The translations under genes were made by a program, and so were the position numbers. A stretch of 64,000 bases of DNA, taken from assembly GCA_950097015.1 (NCBI GenBank), contig CATNEN010000024.1, forward strand, positions 2,418,001 to 2,482,000, written 5' to 3'. The notes below the pieces were generated by a model, which was not told where the DNA came from, ran no database searches, and worked only from the letters and a program-made list of their open reading frames with translations. Position 1 is the first letter of the stretch, and every line of letters begins with the position of its first letter. This DNA is from Macrostomum hystrix. Taxonomy: Eukaryota; Animalia; Platyhelminthes. This document shows positions 1 to 12,730 of the stretch, piece after piece.

Positions 1-145
1 TTCCTCTGACCTGAGGTTTTACATTTATCTCACCTGGGATTTCGCTCTTTCTCAAATGAGATTGCGCTCTCCTGTCTTGAGTTTGAATACTAGACTTTCA
101 GCTTATGTAATTCGATAATCGCTCTTAACACCCCCTCAACCGCAG

Positions 146-3100
146 CCTGGACTGTGTGGGCATACTGAAGCTGCGCAATGCCGATGTTGAACAGAAGCGC
201 GGAGCTGGCAAGAATCGCAAGAAGAGCATCAAAGCCAGGCTGGTGTTCCGGGTTAACCTGCCGATGGGCGGAGGGAATTTTATCACGCTCCAAGCCGTCT
301 CAGATCCCATTGTGTGCAGTGCGTTTTCTTTCTACTCTTTGTCTTATAATCCTATGTTTTTATAGAACCTAATCCCATGCCTCTCCCGTACCCCTTAGCA
401 ATGATCTCATAGCTATTTAGGATCCCCCAGAAAAAATCTTGTCTCTCTACGATTCCTCAAGAAATAATCGCATGCCCCTTTGGAGCCCCTGCAATAATCT
501 CTAAAATCCCTAGGATCCATCTATGATCCCATACTTCTCTATCACCCTGTAGTTATAATCCTATGTCTCTAGGACCCTTATGTTGATAATCCCATGCCAC
601 TCTGGAACCCCAGTTTGATAATCCCATTCCTCTCTAGAACTCCAGTTTGATAATCCCATGCCTCTCTAGAAACCCAGTTTGATAATCCCATGCCTCTCTA
701 GAACCCCAGTTTGATAATCCCATGCCACTCGTGAACCTCAGTTTGATAATCCCATGCCACTCGTGAACCCCAGTTTGATAATCCCATGCCACTCGTGAAC
801 CTCAGTTTGATAATCCCATGCCTCTCTAGAACCCCAGTTTGATAATCCCATGCCACTCGTGAACCCCAGTTTGATAATCCCATGCCACTCGTGAACCCCA
901 GTTTGATAATCCCATGCCACTCGTGAACCTCAGTTTGATAATCCCATGCCACTCGTGAACCCCAGTTTGATAATCCCATGCCACTCGTGAACCTCAGTTT
1001 GATAATCCCATGCCTCTCTAGAACCCCAGTTTGATAATCCCATGCCACTCGTGAACCCCAGTTTGATAATCCCATGCCACTCGTGAACCTCAGTTTGATA
1101 ATCCCATGCCACTCATGAACCTCAGTTTGATAATCCCATGCCACTCGTGAACCCCAGTTTGATAATCCCATGCCACTCGTGAACCCCAGTTTGATAATCC
1201 CATGCCACTCGTGAACCCCATTTTGATAATCCCATGCCACTCGTGAACCTCAGTTTGATAATCCCATGCCACTCATGAACCTCAGTTTGATAATCCCATG
1301 CCACTCGTGAACCCCAGTTTGATAATCCCATGCCACTCGTGAACCCCAGTTTGATAATCCCATGCCACTCGTGAACCCCATTTTGATAATCCCATGCCAC
1401 TCGTGAACCTCAGTTTGATAATCCCATGCCACTCGTGAACCTCAGTTTGATAATCCCATGCCACTCGTGAACCCCAGTTTGATAATCCCATGCCTCTCTA
1501 GAACCCCAGTTTGATAATCCCATGCCTCTCTAGAACCCCAGTTTGATAATCCCATGCCACTCGTGAACCCCAGTTTGATAATCCCATGCGTCTCTAGAAA
1601 CCCAGTTTGATAATCCCATGCCACTTTAGAACCCCAGTTTGATTTATCCCATTCCTCTCTAGGGATCGATTGCAATCGATGATCGCATGAGCGCTAATCC
1701 CAAATCCCCGCAGCTCAACCTGTCGGCTCGCCGGAGATGCACAGAATCTCCATGATGGAAGGCCCCTGCCATGGCAACGAGGATCTATTCATCATTGGCA
1801 AAAACTTCACCAAGGGCACCCGAGTAATATTCCAGGAATACATGGAGAGCAAGGGCATTGTGTGGGAGGCCGAAGCCAAGGTTGAGTCCGAGTATTTCTC
1901 TCAGACTCACCTAATCTGTAGGATTCCGCCTTACGGCAATCCGGATTTGAGGAATCCCCTAACAGTTCAGGTGATCATCCATTGCGGCCCGCGCGTGTCC
2001 GAGCCCTTCTACTTCACCTACAAGCCGGGTGAGTAAGCCATGCGTTTCTTTCAAGAAAAGGATGGGACTGTAGGAGGTGGGGGATGGGACTGTAGGAGGT
2101 GGAGGATGGGACTGTAGGAGGTGGAGGATGGAGAAATGTGGACTGTACGATGTGGAGGATGGAACTGTAGGAGGGGGAGGATGGGACTGTAGGAGGTGGA
2201 GGATGGGACTGTAGGAGGGGGAGGATGGGACTGTACGATGTGGAGGATGGAACTGTAGGAGGGGGAGGATGGGACTGTAGGAGGGGGAGGATGGGACTGT
2301 AGGAGGTGGAGGATGGAACTGTAGGAGGTGGAGGATGGGACTGTAGGAGGTGGAGGATGGAACTGTAGGAGGTGGAGGATGGGACTGTAGAAGGGGGAGG
2401 ATGGGACTGTATGAGGTGGAGGATGGGACTGTAGGAGGTGGAGGATGGGACTGTAGGAGGGGGAGGATGGGACTGTAGGAGGGGGAGGATGGGACTGTAG
2501 AAGGGGGAGGATGGGACTGTAGGAGGTGGAGGATGGGACTGTAGGAGGTGGAGGATGGGACTGTAGGAGATGGAGGATGTGACTGTAGGAGGGGGAGGAT
2601 GGGACTGTAGGAGGTGGAGGATGGGACTGTAGGAGGGGGAGGATGGGACTGTAGGAGGTGGAGGATGGGACTGTAGGAGGTGGAGGATGGGACTGTAGGA
2701 GGGGGAGGATAGGACTGTAGGAGGTGGAGGATGGGACTGTAGGAGGTGGAGGATGGGACTGTAGGAGGTGGAGGATGGGACTGTAGGAGGGGGAGGATGG
2801 GACTGTAGGAGGTGGAGGATGGGACTGTAGGAGGTGGAGGATGGGACTGTAGGGGGTGGAGGATGGGACTGTAGGAGGTGGAGGATGGGACTGTAGGAGG
2901 GGGAGGATGGGACTGTAGGAGGTGGAGGATGGGACTGTAGGAGGTGGAGGATGGGACTGTAGGAGGTGGAGGATGGGACTGTAGGAGGTGGAGGATGGGA
3001 CTGTAGGAGGTGGAGGATGGGACTGTAGGAGGTGGAGGATGGGACTGTAGGAGGTGGAGGATGGGACTGTAGGAGGTGGAGGATGGGACTGTAGGAGGTG

Positions 3101-4292
3101 GAGGATGGGACTGTAAAAGGTAGAATTCGGCGCTGTATGAGGTGGAGGATGGGACTGTAGGAGGTGGAGGATGGGACTGTAGGAGGTGGAGGATGGGACT
3201 GTAGGAGGTGGAGGATGGGACTGTAGGAGGTGGAGGATGGGACTGTAGGAGGTGGAGGATGGGACTGTAAAAGGTAGAATTCGGCGCTGTATGAGGTGGA
3301 GGATGGGACTGTAGGAGGTGGAGGATGGGACTGTAGGAGGTGGAGGATGGGACTGTAGGAGGTGGAGGATGGGACTGTAGGAGGTGGAGGATGGGACTGT
3401 AAAAGGTAGAATTCGGCGCTGTATGAGGTGGAGGATGGGACTTGTAATTAGGCAAAGATTAATGTTCAAGTGGTCAGCAATACAATCGAGTCAAATGCAA
3501 CTAATTTCTACCTGCTGATTTCAGTCGCATGTTCCACTGATTTGTCGGCCGTGACGCTATTAAAAGCTGCAGCCGCCGCGGCCAGTGCAAGCGGCGGGGC
3601 TGGAGGTTCCACTGACGAGTTAAAGCCTTCTTTGGCTTGCGTGTCGCCCAGTGAGTCAGAAACTTTAGTCAAAGCATAGTTTAATGGAAGTGAACAGTCT
3701 GAATTATTCTAACGCACTGCTTATATCCGTTTTAGTGGCCGCCCAGTTAAACAAACTTATCGAGGAGAGCTGCCGCAGCCAGCAACAGCAGCAGCAGCTT
3801 CAGCAGCAGGAGACGCAGCACTTTAGCGCAGCCCTCGCCAGCCAGGAGCCGCTGCCGGACCTCGGCAATTCAGCCATGGACTGGAACGTCAGCATTCAGC
3901 CGGTCGGCCAGCCGGACGAGTCGCAGCATCAGCTTCCTCATCTTCATCACCAGGTGGTGGCCGCAACCAACCTCATCGACCCCGGCACTGTTGGCCTGCC
4001 GCTCCCTTCCTGGTCGACTGTTGCGGATCCCGTGTCAGTTGCCACCGCGGCTTCGGCAGCTGCGCCAGGACCCGTGACCGCAGCCACGGCCGACTCCTAC
4101 ATGCAGCTGAGCAGCCAGGTGCTCGACTCGCTGCTTAACGGCGCCACTGGAGTCGACGACGCAGCCGCAGCTGCAGCCGCTGTTGAAGTTGTCCAGTCTG
4201 TGGACGTACTGTCATCGTCAGTCTCGATGGAGTCCCAGCCTGCGACATCTGTGGCTGGCAGTGGTGACAACTCGACTGTGTACCTGCTGTAA
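146..4292 (+). CDS. NFAT5: NFAT5-like Rel-homology transcription factor, 5'-incomplete; exons 146-318, 1714-2028, 3525-3650, 3736-4292
   Basis: Spliced translation LDCVGILKLRNADVE...ARLVFRVN...LQAVSDPIVC/TQPVGSPE...LFIIGKNFTKG...PF.FTY.P matches the NFAT5 RHD C-terminus and IPT domain. All three introns are GT-AG with consistent phase 1. The last exon is Q/A/S-rich like an activation region; stop TAA at 4290-4292. Confidence 0.88.
590..1650. repeat. 32-bp minisatellite (CAGTTTGATAATCCCATGCCACTCGTGAACCY), ~33 copies, in NFAT5 intron
   Basis: Direct tandem periodicity in the sequence. Confidence 0.95.
2062..3441. repeat. 22-bp purine-rich minisatellite (GGGACTGTAGGAGGTGGAGGAT), ~60 copies, in NFAT5 intron
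   Basis: Direct tandem periodicity; the 22-aa periodic ORFs on the minus strand equal three units. Confidence 0.95.
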
Positions 4293-4429
4293 ATGTCCAG
4301 ATGGACTGGACGTTGTGCTTTAGATTCTGTTTTAATAACTGCCTAAAACTGCTTGCAGGAATGCAGCGTTAGCATTTCAGCAAAGCTGAATATGAGTTAT
4401 TGAATTGCTATTTCATATCATATGGATAT

Positions 4430-4978
4430 AGGAATAGAATGGATTGCTAATCTATCCCATGGATGAAGGATTAGAATAGATTGCTAATCTATCCCATGGA
4501 TCGAGGAATAGAATGGATTGCTGATCCATCCCATGGATGACGGAGTAGAATAGATTGCTAATCTATCCCATGGATCGAGGAATAGAATGGATTGCTAATC
4601 TATCCCATGGATGAAGGAATGGAATGGATTGCTAATCTATCCCATGGATGAAGGAATAGAACGGATTGCTAATCTATCGCATGGATGAAGGAATAGAACG
4701 GATTGCTAATCTATCGCATGGATGAAGGAATAGAATGGATTGCTAATCCATCCCATGGATGAAGGAATAGAATGGATTGCTAATCTATCCCATGGATGAA
4801 GGAATAGAATGGATTGCTAATCCATCCCATGGATGAAGGAATAGAATGGATTGCTAATCCATCCCATGGATGAAGGAGTAGAATGGATTGCTAATCCATC
4901 CCATGGATGAAGGAATAGAATGGATTGCTAATCCATCCCATGGATGAAGGAGTAGAATGGATTGCTAATCTATCTATC
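4430..4978. repeat. 37-bp minisatellite (GATTGCTAATCTATCCCATGGATGAAGGAATAGAATG), ~15 copies, 3' of the NFAT5 stop
   Basis: Direct tandem periodicity; same family as 17549-18158. Confidence 0.93.
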
Positions 4979-6171
4979 GCATTTGAGGTGCAAAATGGAT
5001 TGCTAGTCTAGCCAATGGATACCAAGCATGCAGGGTAATTCGCAAAGTAACATAAGATTTCAGTGGTTTCTTGTGTTCATAATTCGTCCTCTAAAGCGCA
5101 CACTTCAGTGCTCGCTGCTTTTCAATAGTGTGTGTTGTCTACCCTATGCGTTGCATATGGTCTTTTTGCAAGTTTTTTATATTCTAAAATAAATTGCATT
5201 AGTTTTAGTAAATATAGTTATCCCAAGCCTTGTAAAATCTACATTGTGTTTATCAATTTCAAACAGGTAGTTGTTTTCTTCACACTTGCCACCTTCTCGG
5301 TGTTTGCTGTCTTAATTAATTTTTTTATTCAATTACAAACTTTCATTATTGTCGTGATTTTTCTAATCTGAAATTTATACAATAAATCAGTTAATTATCA
5401 AAATGAACTGTTAATGTTACATTCTTTTTATCTGCCCTAATTAAACAAGTTAAATTCTTAAATCAAATCGAATATAAACTACTCTTCATTGTAATGATGT
5501 TCATTATAATTGTATTGTTTTACTTTTTACTTTTGCTAGCAAAAAAGCACTTTAGATTGACCAGCGTGTGTGTTAGTTTGTAGTTAATTAGCATATTAGC
5601 ATGTGAAATTGATTTTAGCTAATTAAACAGTCAACTGATACAAATCTAAAGCTGCATTCGCTCATAACAGTAGTCTGTTGCGTGTTTTATGTGAATAAAA
5701 TGCTAATAGTTTGCAATTCTGGCGCTGCTACGTCTGTTAGTAATTTCATATGTATTCTTTATCAGTAGGTACAGTATATTGCGCTAGACATTTTTAAACT
5801 TCTATATATTTTTATTACCAAAAAATCTCTGACTATATTATCTGTCTTGTGCGCTTTAAACTAACGTAATTTGCTGTAATCTACTGTACTTTACTGTAGT
5901 TTACATTTAATGTCCGTTTTGATTTCCTTATTTCTTAATGCAATTTTCACGCACTATTTTTGTTTGGTTTGGCTTTTTATAGCCATCTTAACTACGAAGT
6001 TTGCTTAGGACATGCAGAGAAAGATCTCAAGAATAATTGTCTCGACTTTAACCCGTGTTTAGTTTAAAAGTTTAAATTTTTATTTTTGTTTGTTTGTTTG
6101 TTTGTTTGCGACCTTGTGTCTCCTCGGTTAGTGCCTCCCTTCTTTGATGACTTGCAGTTTCCCTTTTCTTT

Positions 6172-6935
6172 AAGACAGGGCTTGTCCCCTGTTAGACATG
6201 GGCTTGTCCCCTGTTAGACATGGGCTTGTCCCCTGTTAGACATGGGCTTGTCCCCTGTTAGACATGGGCTTGTCCCCTGTTAGACATGGGCTTGTCCCCT
6301 GTTAGACATGGGCTTGTCCCCTGTTAGACATGGGCTTGTCCCCTGTTAGACATGGGCTTGTCCCCTGTTAGACATGGGCTTGTCCCCTGTTAGACATGGG
6401 CTTGTCCCCTGTTAGACATGGGCTTGTCCCCTGTTAGACATGGGCTTGTCCCCTGTTAGACATGGGCTTGTCCCCTGTTAGACATGGGCTTGTGCCATGT
6501 TAGACATCGACTTCTCACCTGTTAGACATGGGCTTGTCCTGTTAGACATCGACTTCTCATCTGTTAGACATGGGCTTCTCACCTGTTAGACATCGACTTC
6601 TCACCTGTTAGACATGGGCTTGTCCTGTTAGACATCGACTTCTCATCTGTTAGACATGGGCTTGTCCCCTGTTAGACATCGACTTGTCACCTGTTAGACA
6701 TGGGCTTGTCCCCTGTTAGACATCGACTTGTCACCTGTTAGACATGGGCTTGTCCCATGTTAGACATCGACTTCTCACCTGTTAGACATGGGCTTGTCCT
6801 GTTAGACATCGACTTCTCACCTGTTAGACATGGGCTTGTCCTGTTAGACATCGACTTCTCATCTGTTAGACATGGGCTTCTCACCTGTTAGACATCGACT
6901 TCTCACCTGTTAGACATGGACTTTTCACCTGTTAG
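6172..6935. repeat. 22-bp minisatellite (GTTAGACATGGGCTTGTCCCCT), ~35 copies, degenerating rightward
   Basis: Direct tandem periodicity. Confidence 0.93.
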
Positions 6936-7419
6936 AGTTGTCACCTGTTACATGAGGGTTTGTCATTTGTTTGAAGTGAAGTTGTCACCTGTTAGGTGTG
7001 TAGTTGTCACCTGTTAGGCGTGTAGTTGTCACCTGCTTTTTAATCAAAGTTAGATTTCCGTGCCCACTGTTGCTGCCAGTGCGAGTTGAGCATTGGCTTC
7101 TATCCAGTTTTTTATTCTCTGCAGCTTCATCATTTTGCTGTTGCTCATGCATTATAAAGCCTCTTATTTTCTATGTAAAATATCTGTGCCACGCCTGGCA
7201 ACCTCTGTGTTTTTTGTGAATCTGTGTTTCTGTGTATATCGTCTCTATTGAGACGCATTGATACCATGTACGTAGACAGGATTTATGTTTTTGGTTTGAA
7301 ATATAATGAGTAAAAATATAGAAATATCATGCTTTCATTCATTATGTCATGTTCGTGTACAAATTGGCCTTGACTAGATTCTTACGTTTTGCCTTTCTCA
7401 TTTTCAACTGCCGAATTCC

Positions 7420-7650
7420 AAAACCCTCCCAGTGTTCAGGATTGGTTGCCGAACCCTCCCAGTATTCAGGATTGGTTGCCGAACCCTCCCAGTATTCAGG
7501 ATTGGTTGCCGAAGCCTCCCAGTATTCAGGATTGGTTGCCGAAGCCTCCCAGTATTCAGGATTGCTTGCCGAACCCTCGCAGTATTCAGGATTGGTTGCC
7601 GAACCCTCCCAGTATTCAGGATTGGTTGCCGAAGCCTCCCAGTATTTGGG
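7420..7650. repeat. 30-bp minisatellite (CCGAACCCTCCCAGTATTCAGGATTGGTTG), ~7-8 copies
   Basis: Direct tandem periodicity; a stray partial unit lies near 8140. Confidence 0.9.
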
Positions 7651-8616
7651 ATTTGTTGTCCTTTGTGTCCCTTGATGCACGAGACGTTTATCCAAACGTA
7701 ACCTGGTCGATCTGCCCGCTAAAGGAGACGATTATGGAATGCGTAACCTGTAGTTCTCGTCCTGGAAGAGCTTCTCCAAGCTCAAGCATGGCTGTCCTGA
7801 TCGGTAAATTATTATATTCGAATAACGGGCCTTGTCCGACGTTCCGCCGTTGTGGACCCATATCAGCTCTGCCATTCATTGGCTGAGGCTTTTCAAGCTC
7901 TCTCATTGGCTGGAATGATGTTACGGAAATTCCGCGGATGTGCCACAAGAGCGGTGGAAAAACCGTGGAAATATCGGTAAACGGTTTTCCATAGCACAAT
8001 CGCTATCAGACACCCTTAGCTATTAACATTATGTTTGCTAATTGGATAGGACAAAGCTTGGTCATTCAGCGGTAATTGTTAATTTGTCTAGGAGGGAGAA
8101 CTTGATGTGCTCCTAGTGACTCACTACAATTTGTTGTCTGACCCTCCCAGTATTCAGGTTGTGTTGCAAGGGCACTCGTGCCATCAGTATGCAGAAATGA
8201 ATGAGACATTAGTACGACAGTCTTCTGAAAAAAGTGTAAATTTTGTACAATTCAATTCTTTGTATTCGGCAAGTTTCCAAGATGTTAAGTACACTTGCAC
8301 GACTTCTTCATAGACAAGTCAGTCTATAGTGCTATTTATATATTTATATTTGCTCTACAGCACAGAAGCGCATTTAAAAATAAGGCGTGTGTAAAAATTA
8401 TCCAAGTCAAAGAATTTTCGAAAAGGTTCGTGCGATTGTCGCATGTAGAAGTGTACATTCGTCTAGTTGTTCTTATTGGTCTAGACGGATGTACATTGCC
8501 GCCCACCCCACACCTAAACAAGTACAAAACTGCCCCGTCTGTTCCTTTAATAAATTTATCAACATTGGATAAGTCCCTTTATGTCAAAATAAGCATTCAG
8601 TTTTGCGTTTGGTATA

Positions 8617-10319
8617 ATGCTCAACATATCAGTCTCCTGCCTGAGAACCGGTTTCAGCTGGTTGATCAACCGGCCGGACCAGCGTCCGCTGCTGCTGGAG
8701 CTGGCCTTGATGCTGCTGTCCACCCCGGTGCTGCTGTCAGCCGCTGCGATGCTTCGTCGGGCTCAGCGTGCGCGAGTCAGCGGTGCGCCCTCATGCAAGC
8801 AGGTGAGCAAGCCCGGTACAGTTCTGCTTAGCAGGTCAGGCTGTCAAACAGTTCAGTTCCCTGTCTAACAGTTCAGTTCCCTGTCTAACAGTTCAGATCT
8901 TTGTCTAACAGTTCAGTTCTCTGTCTAACAGTTCAGTTCTTTGTCTAACAGTTCAGTTCTCTGTCTAACAGTTCAGTTCTCTGTCTGGCAATTCAGTTCC
9001 CTGTCTAACAGTTCAGTTCCCTGTCTAACAGTTCAGTTCTCTGTCTAACAGTTCAGTTCCCTGTCTAACAGTTCAGTTCTCTGTCTAACAGTTCAGTTCC
9101 CTGTCTAACAGTTCAGTTCCCTGTCTAACAGTTCAGATCTTTGTCTAACAGTTCAGTTCTCTGTCTAACAGTTCAGTTCTTTGTCTAACAGTTCAGTTCT
9201 CTGTCTAACAGTTCAGTTCCCTGTCTAACAGTTCAGTTCTCTGTCTAACAGTTTAGTTCTCTGTCTAACGGGTCATGGCTCTACATGTCTAACTGGGCCA
9301 AGACTCTTTGTAACAGGTCAAGTCTCTGTCTAACACCTCGGGTTTTAATTTAAACCGAAATATATCGTCCTTTCGGTGTTGGTTATGACTGGGTTTTATT
9401 CACTAGTAGTGAGTGTCGCATATTTAGTGCGAATTTAAATTATTTACCGAAATGCCCTCGATGCCCCGCCGCGCAGCTCCGCGTCCACCGCAGCCTCCTG
9501 TTTGCCTTCATCAGCCACTATGCCGTCCGGTCCTGCCGCATCGCCTTCTGGCCGGCCGTGTCAGCCTGTTCTGCCAGCCGGCCGGGTGTTGTCCAGCAGC
9601 TCCTGATGGCGGCTGGCGAGCTCCTCGACGCCGGCACCTACTGCTCTATCTTCGGCTGGCTTCTGGCCGAGTCGCTCTGCCTCCACTTGGACACAATGGC
9701 CAGGGCGGCGCGCAGCTCGGAGCCCGGCTCGGCAGTTTTCCCCTACAGCGCCGGCAACGCCGCCCAGCTGTTCGGCTGGGGCGCGCCCTGCGTCATCGCC
9801 GTTGTGTACTTCTCCATTCACCTGCTGCCGGAGGGCGGCGACTATGGCGACGCCGAACTCTGGCTGTTGGTGAGGCGGGACCGCAGCTCCGTGTTCTCCT
9901 ACGCCGTCCGCTTACCCGCTGGCTGCCTGCTGCTGTGCAGCCTCGCCATCAGCGCCTGGTCGCTGAGGATCTGCCTGGCCAGGGCCGCCGCCAGCCAGCC
10001 CGGCAGGCGCCGCCTGGCCAGGGCGCTGGCGCTGGCCAAAGCTGCCGGCAGTCTCTACCTGCTCACTGGCGGCCTGCTGCTCTTCGAATTGTTGCCTGGC
10101 GACCTGCTGGAGCCCAACGACGGCGATAGGCGAGAGGCGGCCAGGTGCGCCCAGATCGGTCTGTTGAGCCTCCAGGGCCTGCTGGTGACGGTGCCGCTGT
10201 GCTGGGCCAATCGCCGCCTGGCAGGCCTGCTGTGGCCCAGACGGCTGCGTCGGAGCCGGCGCCGACGGATGCCGCGAAGCGGCAGTCGGTTGTGGATGAG
10301 CGCCTGCAGCCGCGTTTAG
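8617..10319 (+). CDS. Divergent class-B (secretin-family) 7TM GPCR; exons (8617 or acceptor 8658)-8802 and 9477-10319; N-terminus uncertain
   Basis: The phase-0 splice joins SCKQ|LRVHRSLLFAF (TM2 motif C.R..IH.NL..SF). Also present: FGWLLAESLCLH (TM3 F.WML.EG.YLH), GWGAP (TM4 GWG.P) and LLSLQGLLVTVPLCWAN (TM7 L.SFQG..V...YCF.N). Donor GTGAGC at 8803, acceptor CAG at 9474-9476. Confidence 0.78.
8822..9270. repeat. 20-bp minisatellite (CTGTCTAACAGTTCAGTTCY), ~22 copies, in the GPCR intron
   Basis: Direct tandem periodicity. Confidence 0.93.
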
Positions 10320-10404
10320 GTCGGCTGGATTTCAGAATTTCCTCTTTTGTATGACATCCTTCACTGATTAAGGGTATTCAGGTTACGCTCTTCAGGAATT
10401 TCTA

Positions 10405-10845
10405 GTGCTCAGGTAACATCCTTCAGGGATTTGTAGTCTTCAGGTGACATCCCTCAGGGATTTCTAGTCTTCAGGTGACATCCCTCAGGGATTTGTAGTC
10501 TTCAGGTGACATCCCTCAGGGATTTCTAGTCCTCATGTGACATCCCTTAGGGATTTGTAGTCTTCAGGTGACATCCTTCAGGGATTTGTAGTCTTCAGGT
10601 GACATCCTTCAGGGATTTGTAGTCTTCAGGTAACATCCTTCAGGGATTTGTAGTCTTCAGGTGACATCCTTCAGGGATTTGTAGTCTTCAGGTGACATCC
10701 TTCAGGGATTTGTAGTCTTCAGGTAACATCCTTCAGGGATTTGTAGTCTTCAGGTGACATCCTTCAGGGATTTCTAGTCTTCATGTGACATCCCTCAGGG
10801 ATTTGTAGTCTTCAGGTGACATCCCTCAGGGATTTCTAGTGTTCA
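10405..10845. repeat. 31-bp minisatellite (CTTCAGGGATTTGTAGTCTTCAGGTGACATC), ~14 copies
   Basis: Direct tandem periodicity just 3' of the GPCR stop. Confidence 0.93.
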
Positions 10846-12034
10846 GTCAAGATTCTGCAGCTTGTTGATCCTTAAATGTTCCAACCATTATCCCCTTGTC
10901 TGATAGCTGTTTAAAAAATCAGACATTGTTTTAGTTACTTTCAATTACTACTTGTTAATTGTAGTATCTACAATAAAAATCGGCCCCTTTGGCAAAGCGA
11001 TCGTAGCAATGCAAAAGTCCGAATAGTATCGATTTAAGATTGACCTTCTCGCTGATGATGCCTTGCGGCGGGCCTGACCGCAAACCCGCTTGTTGCCACC
11101 GTGCTTCCATGATGACAGGCCCCTCATTTAGCCCCTCTGTCTGCACAGCAAATCGAAAACGAGTAGCAAGGCCTGTAAATTATAGTTATTTCGAAAACTT
11201 TTGCTTCTCTCCAACCTTAGCTTCGTTATTCCCAACATACAAGTATCATCTTATTTTCAGTTAATCTATTGTCTACTGTAAATTCTCATGTTTTGCTTGA
11301 CTTTTGCTGCCTTTTCATTGATTGGAGTCTTTTAATTGCATGTTAATAACTATGTTCATACTTATCAATCAAGATTCGCCTATTTTCTTAAAAGTTTAGT
11401 AAAAGTACAAGAAAAAAAGTTGTGTTACTTTTTGTGTTATCAATAAACAATATTGTTTTTACAATGTCTCCTCTTATCTGATCTAGCAATCTGATTGGTC
11501 TAGCAATCTGATTGGTCTAGAAATCTGATTGATCTAGCAATCTGATTCGTTTATGCTTTGATTTGGTCAAACACACTGATTTTGTTGGACCCTGAACTAC
11601 GTCAGCAGATCGAGACGTTAAAGTAATGAGTATTCTGTATTCGGTATATCAGTATTAACTAGTGCGTACTTGTCGGCACTTTGAACTTAAAGCTCGTAGT
11701 TAAATCAAAAGTCTAACAGGCTAATAAAAATGCGAAACTTAGACAAGTTTTTTGATTAAAATAATTGACAATCAGGCCATGTTTTCTAAGCGCAAGGCAG
11801 ATACGATAGCAGATAATGACACAGCAAATAGCGGCATTCTTTGCGACATTCGAAGCCTTTTTCCAGGGCTAACTGTGGATCATTTCGAGTTCGTTGGAGG
11901 ACGAACTGAATGTTTGAATAATTTCAGGAGCAAATATTGAGACAGCGATTTGATGGTTTGGATCAACACGATGAGTTAATAGGTCGTATACTTAATGCTT
12001 TGAGTACCGCAACCTAACAGATAACAGCAATGCT

Positions 12035-12730
12035 CAACTCCTGACCAATGTCCAGCACTCCTGACCAATCTCCAGCACTCCTGACCAATCTCTAGCACTC
12101 CTGACCAATCTCCAGCACTCCTGACCAATCTCCAGCACTCCTGACCAATCTCTAGCACTCCTGACCAATCTCCAGCACTGTTGAGCATTCTCTAGCACTC
12201 CTGACCAATCTCCAGCACTGTTGACCAATCTCCAGCACTGTTGACCGATCTCCAGCACTTTTGACCATTCTCTAGCACTGTTGACCGATCTCTAGCACTG
12301 TTGACCATTCTCTAGCACTCCTGACCATTCTCTAGCACTGTTGACCGATCTCTAGCACTGTTGACCATTCTCTAGCACTCCTGACCATTCTCTAGCACTC
12401 CTGACCAATCTCCAGCACTCCTGACCAATCTCTAGCACTCCTGACCAATCTCCAGCACTGTTGAGCATTCTCTAGCACTCATGACCAATCTCCAGCACTG
12501 TTGACCAATCTCCAGCACTGTTGACCGATCTCCAGCACTTTTGACCATTCTCTAGGACTCCTGACCAATTTCTAGGACTCCCGACCAATTTCTAGGACTC
12601 CTGACCAATCTTTAACACTTCTGACTAATCTCAAACAGTCCTGACCAATCTCAAACAGTTCCTGACCAATCTCAGACAGTCCTGACCGATCTTACACAGT
12701 TCCTGACAAATCTCAGACAGTCCTGACTCC
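12035..12730. repeat. 20-bp minisatellite (CTCCTGACCAATCTCYAGCA), ~34 copies
   Basis: Direct tandem periodicity. Confidence 0.93.

Noticed and set aside
698-3469. Long minus-strand ORFs, including the 498-aa and 472-aa extensin-like P/S-rich ones
   Set aside because: Products of the 32- and 22-bp intronic arrays of NFAT5.
7688-7999. 103-aa minus-strand ORF and the overlapping + ORFs
   Set aside because: No recognisable motif or convincing splice context; it might be an old TE fragment but cannot be supported.
11752-11940. 62-aa ORF with moderately coding-like composition
   Set aside because: Short, no motif, no linked exons.
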